From Phoronis australis (lineage: Eukaryota; Animalia; Phoronida): a stretch of DNA of 64,000 bases. Below the pieces are notes generated by a model. It was not told the DNA's origin. It was given only the letters and a program-made list of their open reading frames with translations, and did not search any database. Made by a program: the position numbers and the translations under genes. Below, in pieces: positions 1-12,239 of this stretch. The DNA is taken from assembly GCA_002633005.1 (NCBI GenBank), contig NMRA01000230.1, forward strand, positions 59,089 to 123,088, in the 5' to 3' direction. Each line of letters opens with the position of its first letter. Positions within the stretch are counted from its first letter, which is position 1.

Positions 1-933
1 TCTAGAGACCTGTGGTTCGAGTCGCAGTTGGGTTTCCTGATTTTTCTGTATTGAAATGTTTTATGTGGCTGACGTGGCGGAATAAGCCAAGCCAATCAAG
101 AGCAGCTTGTACCATCCAATCATTTTGAAGAGGAATGCGTTACAACAGATGTGTATCGCGTCTGCTTCGCCACTTAACCTTTGAAATATACACGTAACTC
201 AGATTTACATTGCCATAACCTCGCAATTGTTTCCTGGTAAGCAGTTTTGATAAACCATTTTCAAAGAAAACTCCTTGTAAGAATATAAGTTCTTAGTGCT
301 GAGTAAGTGTTGTCATAGAAACTGATTAACACCACAAGATTTATATAGGCAATGAGTATTTACATTGGCAACTAGCCAAAACTCGACATGGGTACTTCGC
401 GTGCGTTTATGGGCCATACATCGTTAAGATGAATACTGGTATAATCACCCGCTTACGTGGAAAGGGACTAATCAGTTCGCCCATAACTGAACTACATGTC
501 AACAACCAATCAGAAGACCGTACACATTGGTGCTAAGGACACCCAAGGGTTATTTTTTTTCTACTTGAGAAGCGTTTAATCACCAGCTAATTTATGCGCA
601 CACTTAAGCGCCGTTGAATAGGATGATCGCTTGTGCACACAAAGACAAGTTCCGACGTTTACCGAGAAGTCCAGTTACCATAGCGTACTAGTTAAGTTAT
701 GCGCGAATTTTCAAGAATGCAAATAAAATCTATTATATCTCTGACAGTTACCAAGAAGCACAAAAAATATTTCTGACTAGTTTGAATATTAGTCACCTGC
801 GTGATTACGTCTAGTGTGCCTTAAGAAGAGATTAGGGCAGGTTGTCTTAAGAACGAACAAAAATTTGTCATCGAATACGCAGAAGGTGGTCTCGGCAGGT
901 GCATTGAACTGACTAACAACTCAAACGCGCACA

Positions 934-942
934 CAGGTAAGT
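934..942 (+). other. Splice donor of a probable non-coding first exon of the repeat/LU gene
   Basis: Perfect CAG|GTAAGT at 936/937. The ATG-containing exon has its own acceptor (ttttactcttag) at 2401-2402, which implies an upstream UTR exon. Confidence 0.5.
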
Positions 943-2424
943 CAGATTCGTGTTTATTCTATTCTTTTACTTTAAGTAAAATTTTTATCAGAGATATGTG
1001 TACGATTCACTTTAACGGTAGTTTTTATTTTTGTACTAATTTTTTCATATAGTGGTAAGCAGTATCGAAAACTGAGAAAGAAAATTAATTGTAATTTCTC
1101 GAAGTTTTGTCAGTCATTCATTTAACTTAAATTGCTGCCCGCTAGCCGTTTAAACGGCGTTTTCGAAGAAGAAAAATAAACATTTCCAATCTTCGGCACA
1201 CTGAGTGTGCCTGGAAGCTTGTTCAACTCTTTCATAAAACCAGCATATTAAATATTCTTATTCAGGGGACAAAATACAGTGCTAACTTGTCCTGTATTCC
1301 CAGCAGGGGAACAACGCTCACCCTTTAACTCTACAGTGTCGCGATTTTGTTTATATCGTTAATGCCACAATGGCGGATAAAACCCCATCAACATTTAAAT
1401 AAGTTAAATTTCTAGCTGTCGATATTCATAAAAGTAAGCTTCAAAATCAGTAGCTAATGATTACGGTTATGAACGGTTTCAAATTAAGTCAAAATTGAAC
1501 AAAATAAACATACGGGTTTTCCGAGACGCCACATAGTTTCACCTTAAAGCTGCCACGTATGCTTGTCTCCAACCTCTGTCAGAATGTAACTTATATTTAG
1601 AATACCTGCCATTATGAAACTGCTTTCAACTGGTTCCTTACAAAAATTAAAACGTTTTGTGAACCTGGAATGAACATTCAATTTGTCTTTTTCGCGCATC
1701 AGCATCAATAAATTTACTTCTCATGACTGGCCATTAACAAGAAGTGCATGAAGTCAGTTTACATTACGAGCCGAGCATGGCTTCCAGAAAATAACGAACT
1801 TCCAGTTAGGCCCAAGCCAACAAAACCCTCCGAACCTGAGTAGGGAATAAGTTGAAACCACTTTTGTAACAGTGAATGGTCTTAATTTACAGCTTATATT
1901 GTACTGAAGAACAGTTAGTCGAAACCTCAAAGGGGCATTATCGATTAAATGACAAAGACACATTTTTTTGATTACTGCCGGATGACATAAGACTTCTTGA
2001 AGTTATAAGCTTTAATCAGGATTATAAAAAACACAATCCGGAATGTTTTTGTGATTTTATTCCAAATTTCCACTTTTTGCAGTTGTCGGTCAGACATTTG
2101 CTGACATCAAGACCAACGACTTTACAAGTTGATTACGTTAAAAACATTCCATCATTGGAGTGGGGTTTAGCTTCTCCAGTTAGTCGTTTGTCAGCCACCG
2201 CGGGGACTCTATGTTTGAGTTCGTGTTGAGGTTCACAAAATCATCACGTTTTACGTCGATGATAACCCTTAAATTGAAGATTCAAAGAAAATCAACATGC
2301 GCTTATATATGAAAAGTTTGAAGAGAATTACAATAAAACCATGCTCAGAATTTTATCATTGTACAACAGAAAGCTTGTATCTTTTGCCTTTTTTACTCTT
2401 AGAACACACCACACAGACATCAAG

Positions 2425-5400
2425 ATGCGCCTTCATTTGCTCATTACAGCTTCGCTGTTAGTCACAGCGTTAGGTAAGTACACTATTGATTTTGTGATTG
2501 TTTTTACCAGTGTAACGCCTATAAGGTTTCAGCGTTATTAAAATTTCACAGGGTCAGTATCTTGAAAACAACATGTTTAATATTTCATAACCAATTTTCA
2601 AAATGCGTTTTACTGCAGCGGTCAAGCGACTTACTCTTATTTTTACGTCTTCAGATACATATAGCTAGCTTAGAACAGAAAATAATTAACCTCTTAGTCT
2701 AGAGTCGACTACCACCACATGAAAAAAACTAACAAAGTATAATGGCATTTATTACTCCCAACCAATGGCTATGTACATGAATTTTAGGCCAAAACACCAC
2801 TGAGTCGTCTTCAACAACAGTAGTGGCTTCTGATTCATCAACAGCGACCGCGTCAGATTCATCAACGGCGGCTGCGTCAGACTCCTCAACGGCAACTGCC
2901 TCAGACTCATCAACGGCAGCTGCGTCAGATTCATCAACGGCGTCTGCGTCAGACTCTTCAACGGCAATTGCCTCAGACTCATCAACGGCAGCTGCGTCAG
3001 ATTCATCAACGGCGTCTGCGTCAGACTCTTCAACGGCAACTGCCTCAGACTCATCAACGGCAGCTGCGTCAGATTCATCAACAGCGACCGCGTCAGATTC
3101 ATCCACGGCGTCTGCGCCAGACTCCTCAACTGGAACTGCGTCAGACTCATCAACAGCGGCTGCGTCAGATGCATCAACGGCGGCCTCTTCTGAATCTTCT
3201 ACAGGAGCAGGGTTAGATTCTTCAACAGCGGTTGTGTCAGACTCATCAACGGCAGTTGCTTCTGAGACTTCAACAGCTGCAGGGTCCGAGACGTCAATGG
3301 CAGCATCGTCCGAATCTTCGACAGCGGCTACATTTGACTCTTCTACGGTGGCCACTTCAGATTCATCAACGACATCATCATCAGAGGCGTCAACAGCAGC
3401 TGCGTCCGAATCTTCAACGGTGATTGCATCAGAGTCCTCAACAGCAGTAGCGTCTGAATCTTCAACGGCGGGAGCTTCCGAATCCTCAACCACAATAGTG
3501 TCTGAGTCCTCAACATCAGCTGCGTCTGAGTCTTCCACAGTGGTAGCATCTGAGTCATCTACGGTTGCAGCTTCAGATTCTTCTACCGCGATATCGTCAG
3601 ATTCTTCAACAGCAGCAGCCGCAGAATCTTCGACAGCACGAGCCTCAGAATCTTCGACGGCGTCGGTTTCAGAATCGTCCACAGCGGCATCCCCAGACTC
3701 GTCTACGGCGGTATCGTCAGACTCTTCAACGGCGACAGCACCGGAGGCCACAACGGCTGGAGCTTCTGATACGTCAACACAAGCAATTTCAGATTCTTCA
3801 ACCACTGCAGCCTCAGAAAGCTCAACGGCGGTAGCTTCGGAATCTTCTACTGCGGCAGCATCAGAAACCTCAACATCGGTGGCGTCAGAGTCTTCAACGA
3901 CGGCCGCCTCTGAATCTTCGACTGCTGCAATGTCGGATTCGTCAACCGTAGCAACAGGAGAAACATCAACGGAGACTAGCAAAAACACAACGTCGAGCGT
4001 GTCCAATACCACAACAGGTGCAATGAACTCTACGTCGGGTAATGGAACGATGTCTAACGCGACATCATCTGCCTATGCCTCAACCACTATCGCATCTGTA
4101 AGTAACCTACTAGTGGGCATCAAGGCTTGAATTCGATGTTGAAGTTCGAGTGTTGCGTTCCGTAGACGCAAAAAAACCGCGAAAACTCAAGATCACGTTA
4201 TATAGCGCCATGCATATTACGCAAAGCACGTCATTAGGTTAATTTTTCTCTTGAATGTCTTGCATCTAGGGACCCCAGTGCAGGTTTGATTGACGGCAAA
4301 ACATTCGAACAAGATAAGACAAGGAAATTTGTCGATGCATTTGGTCTGCGATTATTTGTTGACAAGTGCGAGACTTTTAAAGCAGAACAAAATTTCTATG
4401 TAAAAGGATTTTGGAACAAGGAAACCTAGCGGGGACGAAATGTTTAAATATGTGAAGTTTTTAATTCAACAGCAATAAGGGAGCAATAGGAAATTCGACT
4501 TCTCGAAAACTGCGTGTTACAAATGACGTAGTTCTAGAGGATGGTGACGACCTAACAGATATGGACTTTGTGTAACACTAACGGACAGACTTGCTATATC
4601 AGGCGTTGTTACGTTCAAGTTAAATTGATGACTGTAGAGACAAAGATGCAAATTTAAATGTGTTTTTGCCTATGGTCAGAATTTTATTTTTCGATAAAGG
4701 ATGCTGCTACTTGATTTGTTATCAATCATGTTTTCGATGAAATTGACTCATGCGGTGTAAACGATGTGGTTGTCTTTTCCTAGTATTTTTGAAATCTTGG
4801 ACAGTATTTCTAATCGTGAAGCTTAAAAACCTAGCTTACATAGACTAGAAACAGATTCAATTGGACTTCCGGTTTCACCTACCACTAATTGATTCAACTC
4901 GTACCTTCTTCCCACAGCAAACCTCTGTGTACGTGTGTAGAAGCTGCAACGCCACAAGTGCTGACGGGACGGCCGCATTTTGTACTGAAGGTCTCACAGA
5001 AACGTGTAACGACACATCAGAGTGCTGGGTAAGGCCGTTAGAAGAACGATCCTTATGCTCGTATGACAATCTGTCCTGAAAACATCATATTTTTCACCAG
5101 TCTGTCCGTTTGTCTGTCTACGTAATATGTTAAAAAGATGGCTCACAGGAAGTGGTTGTATGCACCAACATTATCTTAGTCATCCGTCAGCGTATAGTAC
5201 CTTAAAAAGATTCCTCATACCGATTTCAAAGGCATGCGTTGTAAAAAAACATGTGTATGACCATGAACTCATATACGCGAAATATTGAATTGTGAGGAAA
5301 CACTTAACATGATAGCATTCCAAATACATGGCTATATCATTTCTTTATAAAAAGTCCACTCGCTACTTTCCGTGAGTTCTCTACTAGCTAGACGTGGCTG

Positions 5401-6888
5401 CCACGTAAATGCATTAAATGTTTTAAAATATCGACTGGCTAAATAAGTAATTAAACCAAACAGCATGTGACCGTAAAGTTCATATCGACGAACGTGTAAA
5501 TAATCCCTCTTGGGAAATTTGAAAAGCCACTTTTAAATATAAACATTTTATATTTCGTTCGTCTTGAGAAAAATCGATGTTATGTTGACAGTTCAATATT
5601 AAGAAGGACATTAGGTCTAATTTGGTTAGTTTTGCGAAAAGTTTCACGATTTGAACTGAAACGAAGCAGAAAAAGTCTGCTTATGGCTTACCCCAACTTG
5701 AATGGGATCGTTACCTTTCTGCTTACAGACAATATACAATCCAAATACTAAACTCTACTGGTCTGGGTGTAAGGAGAATCTCATATCTAGCCAGAGTCAG
5801 AATTGCGAAGCTGCAGCGAAGAACCAGCAATGTGTGTTTGCTAACAATGACCAGGTGAGGCTCTAGAAATCTCATCACGAGAGAGTGACTGATAGAGTCT
5901 GATATTTTATTTCTTGTATTGTACATTTTGTCTTCACCAACATCGACATGATTATCGTCTTTTTAATCGTCGTCAAACTTGCCATCACCATCATCGCAAC
6001 CATGTCATTATCATCATTATCATCGTATTGGTTGTTATCATTATCACCACCACCGTCATTGTAACCGATGACACCAAAACCACTACTACAACTACCATCA
6101 ACATCATCAACAGTATCATTGTCAACGTCATCATCGTCATCGACATAATCATTATCAATCACCTGATGTCTTTAGTGTCATTGTTATCGTCGTCATATTG
6201 TCATTGTCACCATCAGCAATTATGTCTAACGGCAAGTTGCGTTGGGATTGAACCAGACTATAATGAAATTAAAAATTTCAGAGCACCTATAGTGAAACAG
6301 TCACCAACATTGCTAAAAAACACCTACATAGTCACTGACGTTGGAAAACACACATGCCATTTTAAACACACGTGTAACTATAAGCTACTATGTACCCCCT
6401 CCCCCTCTATCAAGAAGCGAACTGATAATTTAGACCACTTCGCAATAAAGATAATCTCAAGCGTTTCTCTTAGTCGTTTCTGATTGTCCAAACAAGCCCT
6501 CAGAAATGTGTTATGGGCCTGACGTTTTGAAACTACGTCACTCATACTTCATACAGTGCGTTTGTTTTTCTTCCTCCGTATTATAGAAAAATTGAATTCG
6601 TGGAGTAGCTTTTAGACATTTTCTTGAGAATTGTACGTATCCGCAAAATTTTCGCTTCGCTACGATGTTGGATCCTCGCAAAATTAATTTGTGATAAAAA
6701 GAAACTGGCGATTTTCAAATGCTCGAGAGTGTACCTGTACTCTTTTTGTTTTATTGTAGGAATGCTCAAGCTGTTGCTCGACTAGTAACTGCGATCTTCC
6801 CAGCTTCAGCGACAGTGGCGCGGAAGTCAACATGGCACACGTGCTAACCATGGCAACATCAATTGCTGTAGCGTTATATCTACTCTAG
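2425..6888 (+). CDS. Predicted GPI-anchored Ser/Thr/Ala octapeptide-repeat (mucin-like) protein with C-terminal Ly6/uPAR (three-finger)-like domain, about 574 aa
   Basis: Coding exons 2425-2473 (signal MRLHLLITASLLVTALG, phase 1), 2788-4097 (repeats), 4918-5028 (QTSVYVCRSCNATS...ECW), 5729-5854 (TIYNPNTKLYWSGCK...NDQ), 6760-6888 (ECSSCCSTSNCD...IAVALYLL*). All introns are GT-AG and phase-compatible. CxxC start and CCxxxxC(D) end match the LU fold. The hydrophobic C-terminus without a cytoplasmic tail is GPI-like. Confidence 0.85.
2829..3980 (+). repeat. Coding tandem repeat, 24-bp unit (S-D/E-S-S-T-x-x-A), about 48 units with no indels
   Basis: The translation splits exactly into octamers SDSSTATA, SDSSTAAA, SESSTVAA and so on. 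The first 12 units are near-identical in DNA and later units are more diverged. Confidence 0.95.
5935..6215. repeat. Degenerate (CAT/CGT/CAC)n trinucleotide microsatellite in an intron
   Basis: Runs of catcatcgtcat/accaccacc. It produces the spurious Ile-rich and Asp-rich ORFs 5914-6483 and 5875-6162. Confidence 0.85.
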
Positions 6889-8189
6889 ACGACAGCGTGT
6901 GGCTCTAATAATTTCAGCGAGCGTGCGTGTTGGAGAAAATGCATGATTGCATCTAAAATATTTATTATCACAATGAGTTATTCTTCTGCTGGCAGAAGTT
7001 AGCCTTTTATTTACAAACAAGCCTATAATTTCTATTAAAAATTGGGCATTTCAGTCAAAATTGATGCATTTTTGTGTATGCTCACCGGTGTATGTAAGGA
7101 CTTGATTGACAAGGAATATTTGATTAAGCAGCGGAGGTAAGGAGCACAGTGGATCTTGAAGTGAAACACAAGTAGCATTGATTAATTCCGAAACGCAAGC
7201 CAACATTCCACAGACAGTTTTGCTAGAATTGACTTGTAAAGTCGTCTAATGACGCTCAAAAAGCGAGATATTGCGCTAAGGTTTCGCTTATTTTGCAACT
7301 AAAGAGTCGTTTTAAGGTGTTTCATTTCGTAATAGGTATTTCGTATTGTCAATATTTCATTCACGGGTATCAGCTGAAGGATACCAACTGAAGGGTTTGT
7401 GGAATAGTTCATGATCGAAAAACCTTAAAGTTGGATGAAGGGTTACGTAAGCAGTCCTGTGATTTATTCTTGCATGCACTGTTGTTAACGTTTATTGTGC
7501 CAAATGTTATATTTGATATGGTTTAAGCAATCACGTAATTATCCGTTGCGTTTGCTAGTGTTTTACACTTAAATTCTTATATTTCATTGCGCTTGCTCGT
7601 GATGAACATAATAAAAATAAAAACAAAAAAGACAATCATAGATAGAAGTTTGAAATTAAGAAAAAATATTATAGATAATAACAATCAAGTTACAGCAATT
7701 ATTTTATTATCAGTGCATCAGTAAACGACAGAACTGCTGGGTCGAGAATTGTTATTATTTCGCATGCTGCACGCACGGTATGACTGATATGGTCACGAGA
7801 CAACGTACGCTTTACCACAGATAGAAACAGCGTTTCAGTTGATGGCTCTGGCTTCTTAAAATTCCAAACAGGTATCCATTTATAGTTTAGTAGATTTTGT
7901 ATCTCTCAAAGTTCGACATTTCAAACTAATGAACTACGAAACGCAGCTTATGTGGTGTATTTCGTCGATCATTTGCCAAGAAATCATTAGTAACGGTAAC
8001 ACGTGACATGCTGTTGTCATCAAAATAGTAAAGGTCCAGGAAAGTGTAATGCACATGTTACTTTTCCAATATATACCTTTAAGTCTTGTACATGTACCAG
8101 CCGGAAGTCGTTATACAACAACACTGATTCTGATGACGTGGGCAGGATGCGCTTCATGACTGACCGAATGACGTCACGTGATGCAAACC

Positions 8190-8308
8190 TGGCCTGGCTT
8201 CCGCAGACGCAAGACTTTCGCGAGTAAAGCGTAGGTGATCACTTACTTCACAGTCTTGCATGATCCTGCGTTTTCGCGAGACTCTGGTGTTTACGGAACG
8301 CAGGCCTG
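8190..8308. mobile_element. Short fold-back / MITE-like element
   Basis: ggcctggcttccgcagacgcaagactttcgcgag is an imperfect inverted repeat of ttcgcgagactctggtgtttacggaacgcaggcc. Confidence 0.5.
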
Positions 8309-9025
8309 CTACGCTTTAAGAATTATTTAACTGTTAGGGTTAACAACTGAGAAAATAAAGTGTGAATTGAACTGTGGAATTGTTGTGAATTGAATAAACG
8401 AAGCACTTCAGATGCTAGCAGACAAGAAGAAACAATCTTTTGCTTTCGATCACTTACCGCTTTAGCCTAGAACTGACTCTCAAGTTGTTGCTAACTAATA
8501 TGAGACGTGGTTTATGTACTTAGAAAAAACTAAAACTGACAGTGTCATTATTGCTTGAGACCACGTTCAGTGCATTCGAAAATGAGCCAACGGGTAAACA
8601 TCCAACGTAAAAGAGCCTGATCTCAATTAGTAATCAACTTCCGACTTTCCAAGTCCATAAATCACACAGAACAAACCGATACCATTTCGTGACAACAGGT
8701 GGTGTAAATTAAAAGTTATTTTTTGTGACGGAAGATGGTCACGGTGACTTTAACTGACAGCGAAATATGGAGAACTGGGAATTTGACGGCTCATCTCGAC
8801 GGAAGTAAGCACATGGAACAATCCAGTATACACGGAACGTATTACATTACTCATACTCACGCTAACATTGTCGAAGGCTTTGTGCTTCCGTCATAACTCA
8901 GAACATAGTGTTTGGCTTTGACACAAGGCGCTTGGCATTTAAGAAACACAGCAGCTGTAGTGTTTTAGTTTGAAAGTCAAACTTTGATACAGTATTATTC
9001 AAACCGTACATGGAGGAAATGGGGC

Positions 9026-9393
9026 CGTCCCGGATTACACAGTGACAGTCGAATCTCGCTGCATTCACCCACAATGCCGTAAACATCCGTCAGGCACATT
9101 TTCTGCCTCGTTTTCGTGCCACTGAAGTTTCACATGTTATTTGTTGTTGTCTGATTTTACACAAGTTTTTCTGGGTTGCATTATTCTATTCGTCCTTCCA
9201 CTGCCAACGAAGTACTATTGCTGCGCTGTGAGTGCAACTGCGACTTGACAAAGTTTGATAAACTGGACGAATACCCATGGATGCGTGATCTGAAATTGAG
9301 GGACACAAAAATGTGCCTGATTTCCAAAAAGAGGTCACACGCTTTCTTATCTCCAGGACAATAGAGAGTTCCATCACCGTGTAATCCGGGACG
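9026..9393. mobile_element. MITE-like element with terminal and subterminal inverted repeats
   Basis: cgtcccggattacacagtga (9026-9045) versus tcaccgtgtaatccgggacg (9374-9393). Internal inverted pair aggcacatttt / aaaatgtgcct. Confidence 0.55.
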
Positions 9394-11558
9394 AACTTAT
9401 TCAATTCTATTACTTGTATCATTTGATGGATGCCTCTTGCACAATAGCTAAGGTTTTTCCAGTTTTCTTTAAAATATAAAAATTACACAACGTCTTTGAG
9501 AAGACTTAAACCTTTAGGGAAAGCAATGAAAAATGTTTTCGAGGAATACATTTCTTTCTATGAAAACGTTTTTTAATCATTTTCCTGCAAAACTTTGGCG
9601 TTGTTTCCAAAGCTCCCATTGTATAGTTTAAGCCATGGATGAATTATTAAACTGCCATTCAGGTCAATAAGGATTCACATAAGGCTGGATTGATCATCTG
9701 GCTGATAATAAATGGTCCTCATTCATTACATTACAAATGGAAAGTCCTTTACTGATCATATATCATTGTTGAGTGATCAGAAATCCTCGTAAATTATCTC
9801 GATTGATGATAACTCCTGCATAAAAACCGATATGAAGCGTTAATACGGATTCTTAGCAATCATTTATATCACATCAAACCATTATTCATTTGAATGCAAA
9901 TATGAATTCGTAAAATCATCTCTGTGACCAACCATTTTTTCTGTTTACAAGCATGAAGTTGTTAAAGTATTTGTAATTCGGCAAGTACACGATATTCAGT
10001 CATAATTTCACTTGTATATTTCAAAAATCATTATTAACGTAAATAAAAGCCTTGGCAAAGATTTGAAAGACGTTTGTATAAGGTTTCAAGCTGTGTCATG
10101 TCGTGAAATATGAACAATTCATGTCTGAGAAAGGAACTCACAACTACCATCAGCGTGAAATTATGAACTGCGATAAACACATTTGATGCGACACCAACAT
10201 TTGGTCAACTTTTCACTGAAAATCTGTGCCTGTAATCTTTCAGCTTGACTGTAAATGTACATAACGAAAGATATCAATAAAGTTGTAACTACTGTAAAAC
10301 AACAAATTTATCTGGTTGTGTACAAGTACACTTTTTCTTTAGTTTTCAGTTTACTCTCGGACAAAACCAATGTGGCTATCTTGTTAACAGTTCATTCAGG
10401 CAAATGTTCCTTGTCTAGTGGTGTGATAATTCCCAGTGTGTGGTTTAACCTGGTTTCTTTAGAGAAAGTGAGACCATTACAGTGTGCTAAGCAGTGGCAT
10501 GAGTAAAGAATTTACAGATAAGGGATCAAGTGAATCAATTTCATTTTTTCATACGAATATGAAGAAAATTTTCGAGAACAAATCGATGTTCACGATTAAT
10601 AATTTTCAACGATATCTCTCGTTGAGCTCTCTGTATCTTCGACGGGCGTTCGCAGGGCAACAATAAAGGTACATGAGAAAAACAATTATTAAAAAGGCAG
10701 AAAACGGATATAGCCCCCACTTAATTCAGTGCTGCGGCGCGCAGGCATGTAATATTCCAGACTGTCATTTTAATCATTAGTTTTTCTATTTCTCTTGGTC
10801 GTCTGCTTATTGTTGCGCTGCAAACCACCATCATGGATACAGAGAGCTAGAGCGAATATCGTTGAAAATTATCATTTTCGTGTTTCAAATTTTGTCAACA
10901 GATGGGGCTCAGTGCTGCCAAATTATTTTCATTCCAAAAATATTAATGAAGAATCCAAGGCTTAGGTTATATAAACATTTTCAAATAGTCAAAAATCCAA
11001 AATTAAGTGACTTTTAAGGAGAGTGTTTCAAATACCCTCCTTAAAATTCAATTTATCACAATGAGAAAAACTGCACTTTTGTATTTTTCAACAGCTATAT
11101 TGTTTGTAAAAATGATAACAAGTTAAATCCACTATCTTGTGGTTAGCACAGCAGTGTACTGAGCAATGTATACATTCAAATAACTGTCGTTCCAGAGCAA
11201 TATGCATGTCCAGTACATACTTCATTACAACGCCGGGGGTTCACTTCCCGCACGTACCTATTGTACGGTGACACCTTAGGTACAATGGAAGTAGATGCGT
11301 CAGCTATCACAAGGTCTTATACACGATGGGTTTTGGAGAACAATAATTAACGCGAAATAAGTACTTGAAACTCAGAAACGCCGAGAAAGTGGAAAGGCAA
11401 TTAATTTACTCCGCAAGTGTAAAATAAACGAGGAAATTTATTAGTTTAATTTCTTTTTGGTCACCTCTGTATGAACTCGGGCCAGCAGCCTTGTAAAAAA
11501 ACTACAGGTATTGTCATTTTGAAGTGTGAGAACATTTTTGAGAGACACTTTCGGTGTG

Positions 11559-11807
11559 ACATGGGTGCATCCAGGTGGGCTCAAACGAGCCCCTCAATTT
11601 GGCAAATAAAGCAAAAAGGTCCGCCTCAGTGAAACAAAAAGTCCGAGTAAATGACAAAAAATCCAAGGGAAGATTACGCGGTTGCCCAATTCGTGGGCCT
11701 GAACATAGTGGCCCCACTTTTTTAGTGGTCGTTGATTTCTTTCAGTAAAAGGTCCGCATAACGGAAAAGTTCGAGCCCCCCTACATTTTAGGCTGGGTGC
11801 GCGCATG
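11559..11807. mobile_element. MITE (CATG-CGCACCCAG type TIR), same family as 25214-25411
   Basis: Ends acatgggtgcatccag / ctgggtgcgcgcatgt. Internal aaaaggtcc repeats and the ttcgagcc...ggctgg end are shared with the 25.2-kb copy. Confidence 0.6.
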
Positions 11808-12239
11808 TGTGTTTACGTAATGACTTCGTTCGTTGGTATCTCGTTTACTGGAATGAAGTAAGTACATGATAACGTCGTTCCAGCACCGAATGGGCTACAA
11901 TGACGCACACAGCAGCACGCTCTAGTTGCCACGGTGCGACGTTCAACCCAACAGTATACTGAATGCCATGGAATTTCATTATCCGAACAAAAGCACCAAC
12001 TTAGACATGTTTTTCAAACTACCATTGCTAAACAGTGACCAAGGAGCCAAGGAGCAGGACTTCCGATTCACCAATCTGACAAACTGCACTTGGGAGACAC
12101 ATGGGGTAGAGTTGAGTAACTCTAGGACCTCGCTAAAAGCAAGACTTCGCGAGATTACGTGAGATATTGCCTTGTATTTTAAACTAGAACAGATGATTTT
12201 GGCGAGGTCTTAGGTTACTGAACTCTACTCTGGTAACTG

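Noticed and set aside
1-50. ggttcgagtc B-box suggesting a tRNA
   Set aside because: Truncated at the window edge with no verifiable cloverleaf. At most a tRNA-derived SINE fragment.
2729-4012. 427-aa acidic ORF (VEESDAAA repeats) on the minus strand, plus other overlapping ORFs
   Set aside because: Antisense or alternative-frame shadow of the 24-bp coding repeat. The plus frame has the signal peptide and matching splice sites.
5875-6483. Asp-rich and Ile/His-rich ORFs
   Set aside because: Translations of an intronic trinucleotide microsatellite.
7700-11400. Short ORFs between the repeat/LU gene and the RPTP 3' end
   Set aside because: No recognisable domains or phase-compatible exon chain. 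The region is intergenic with MITE remnants.
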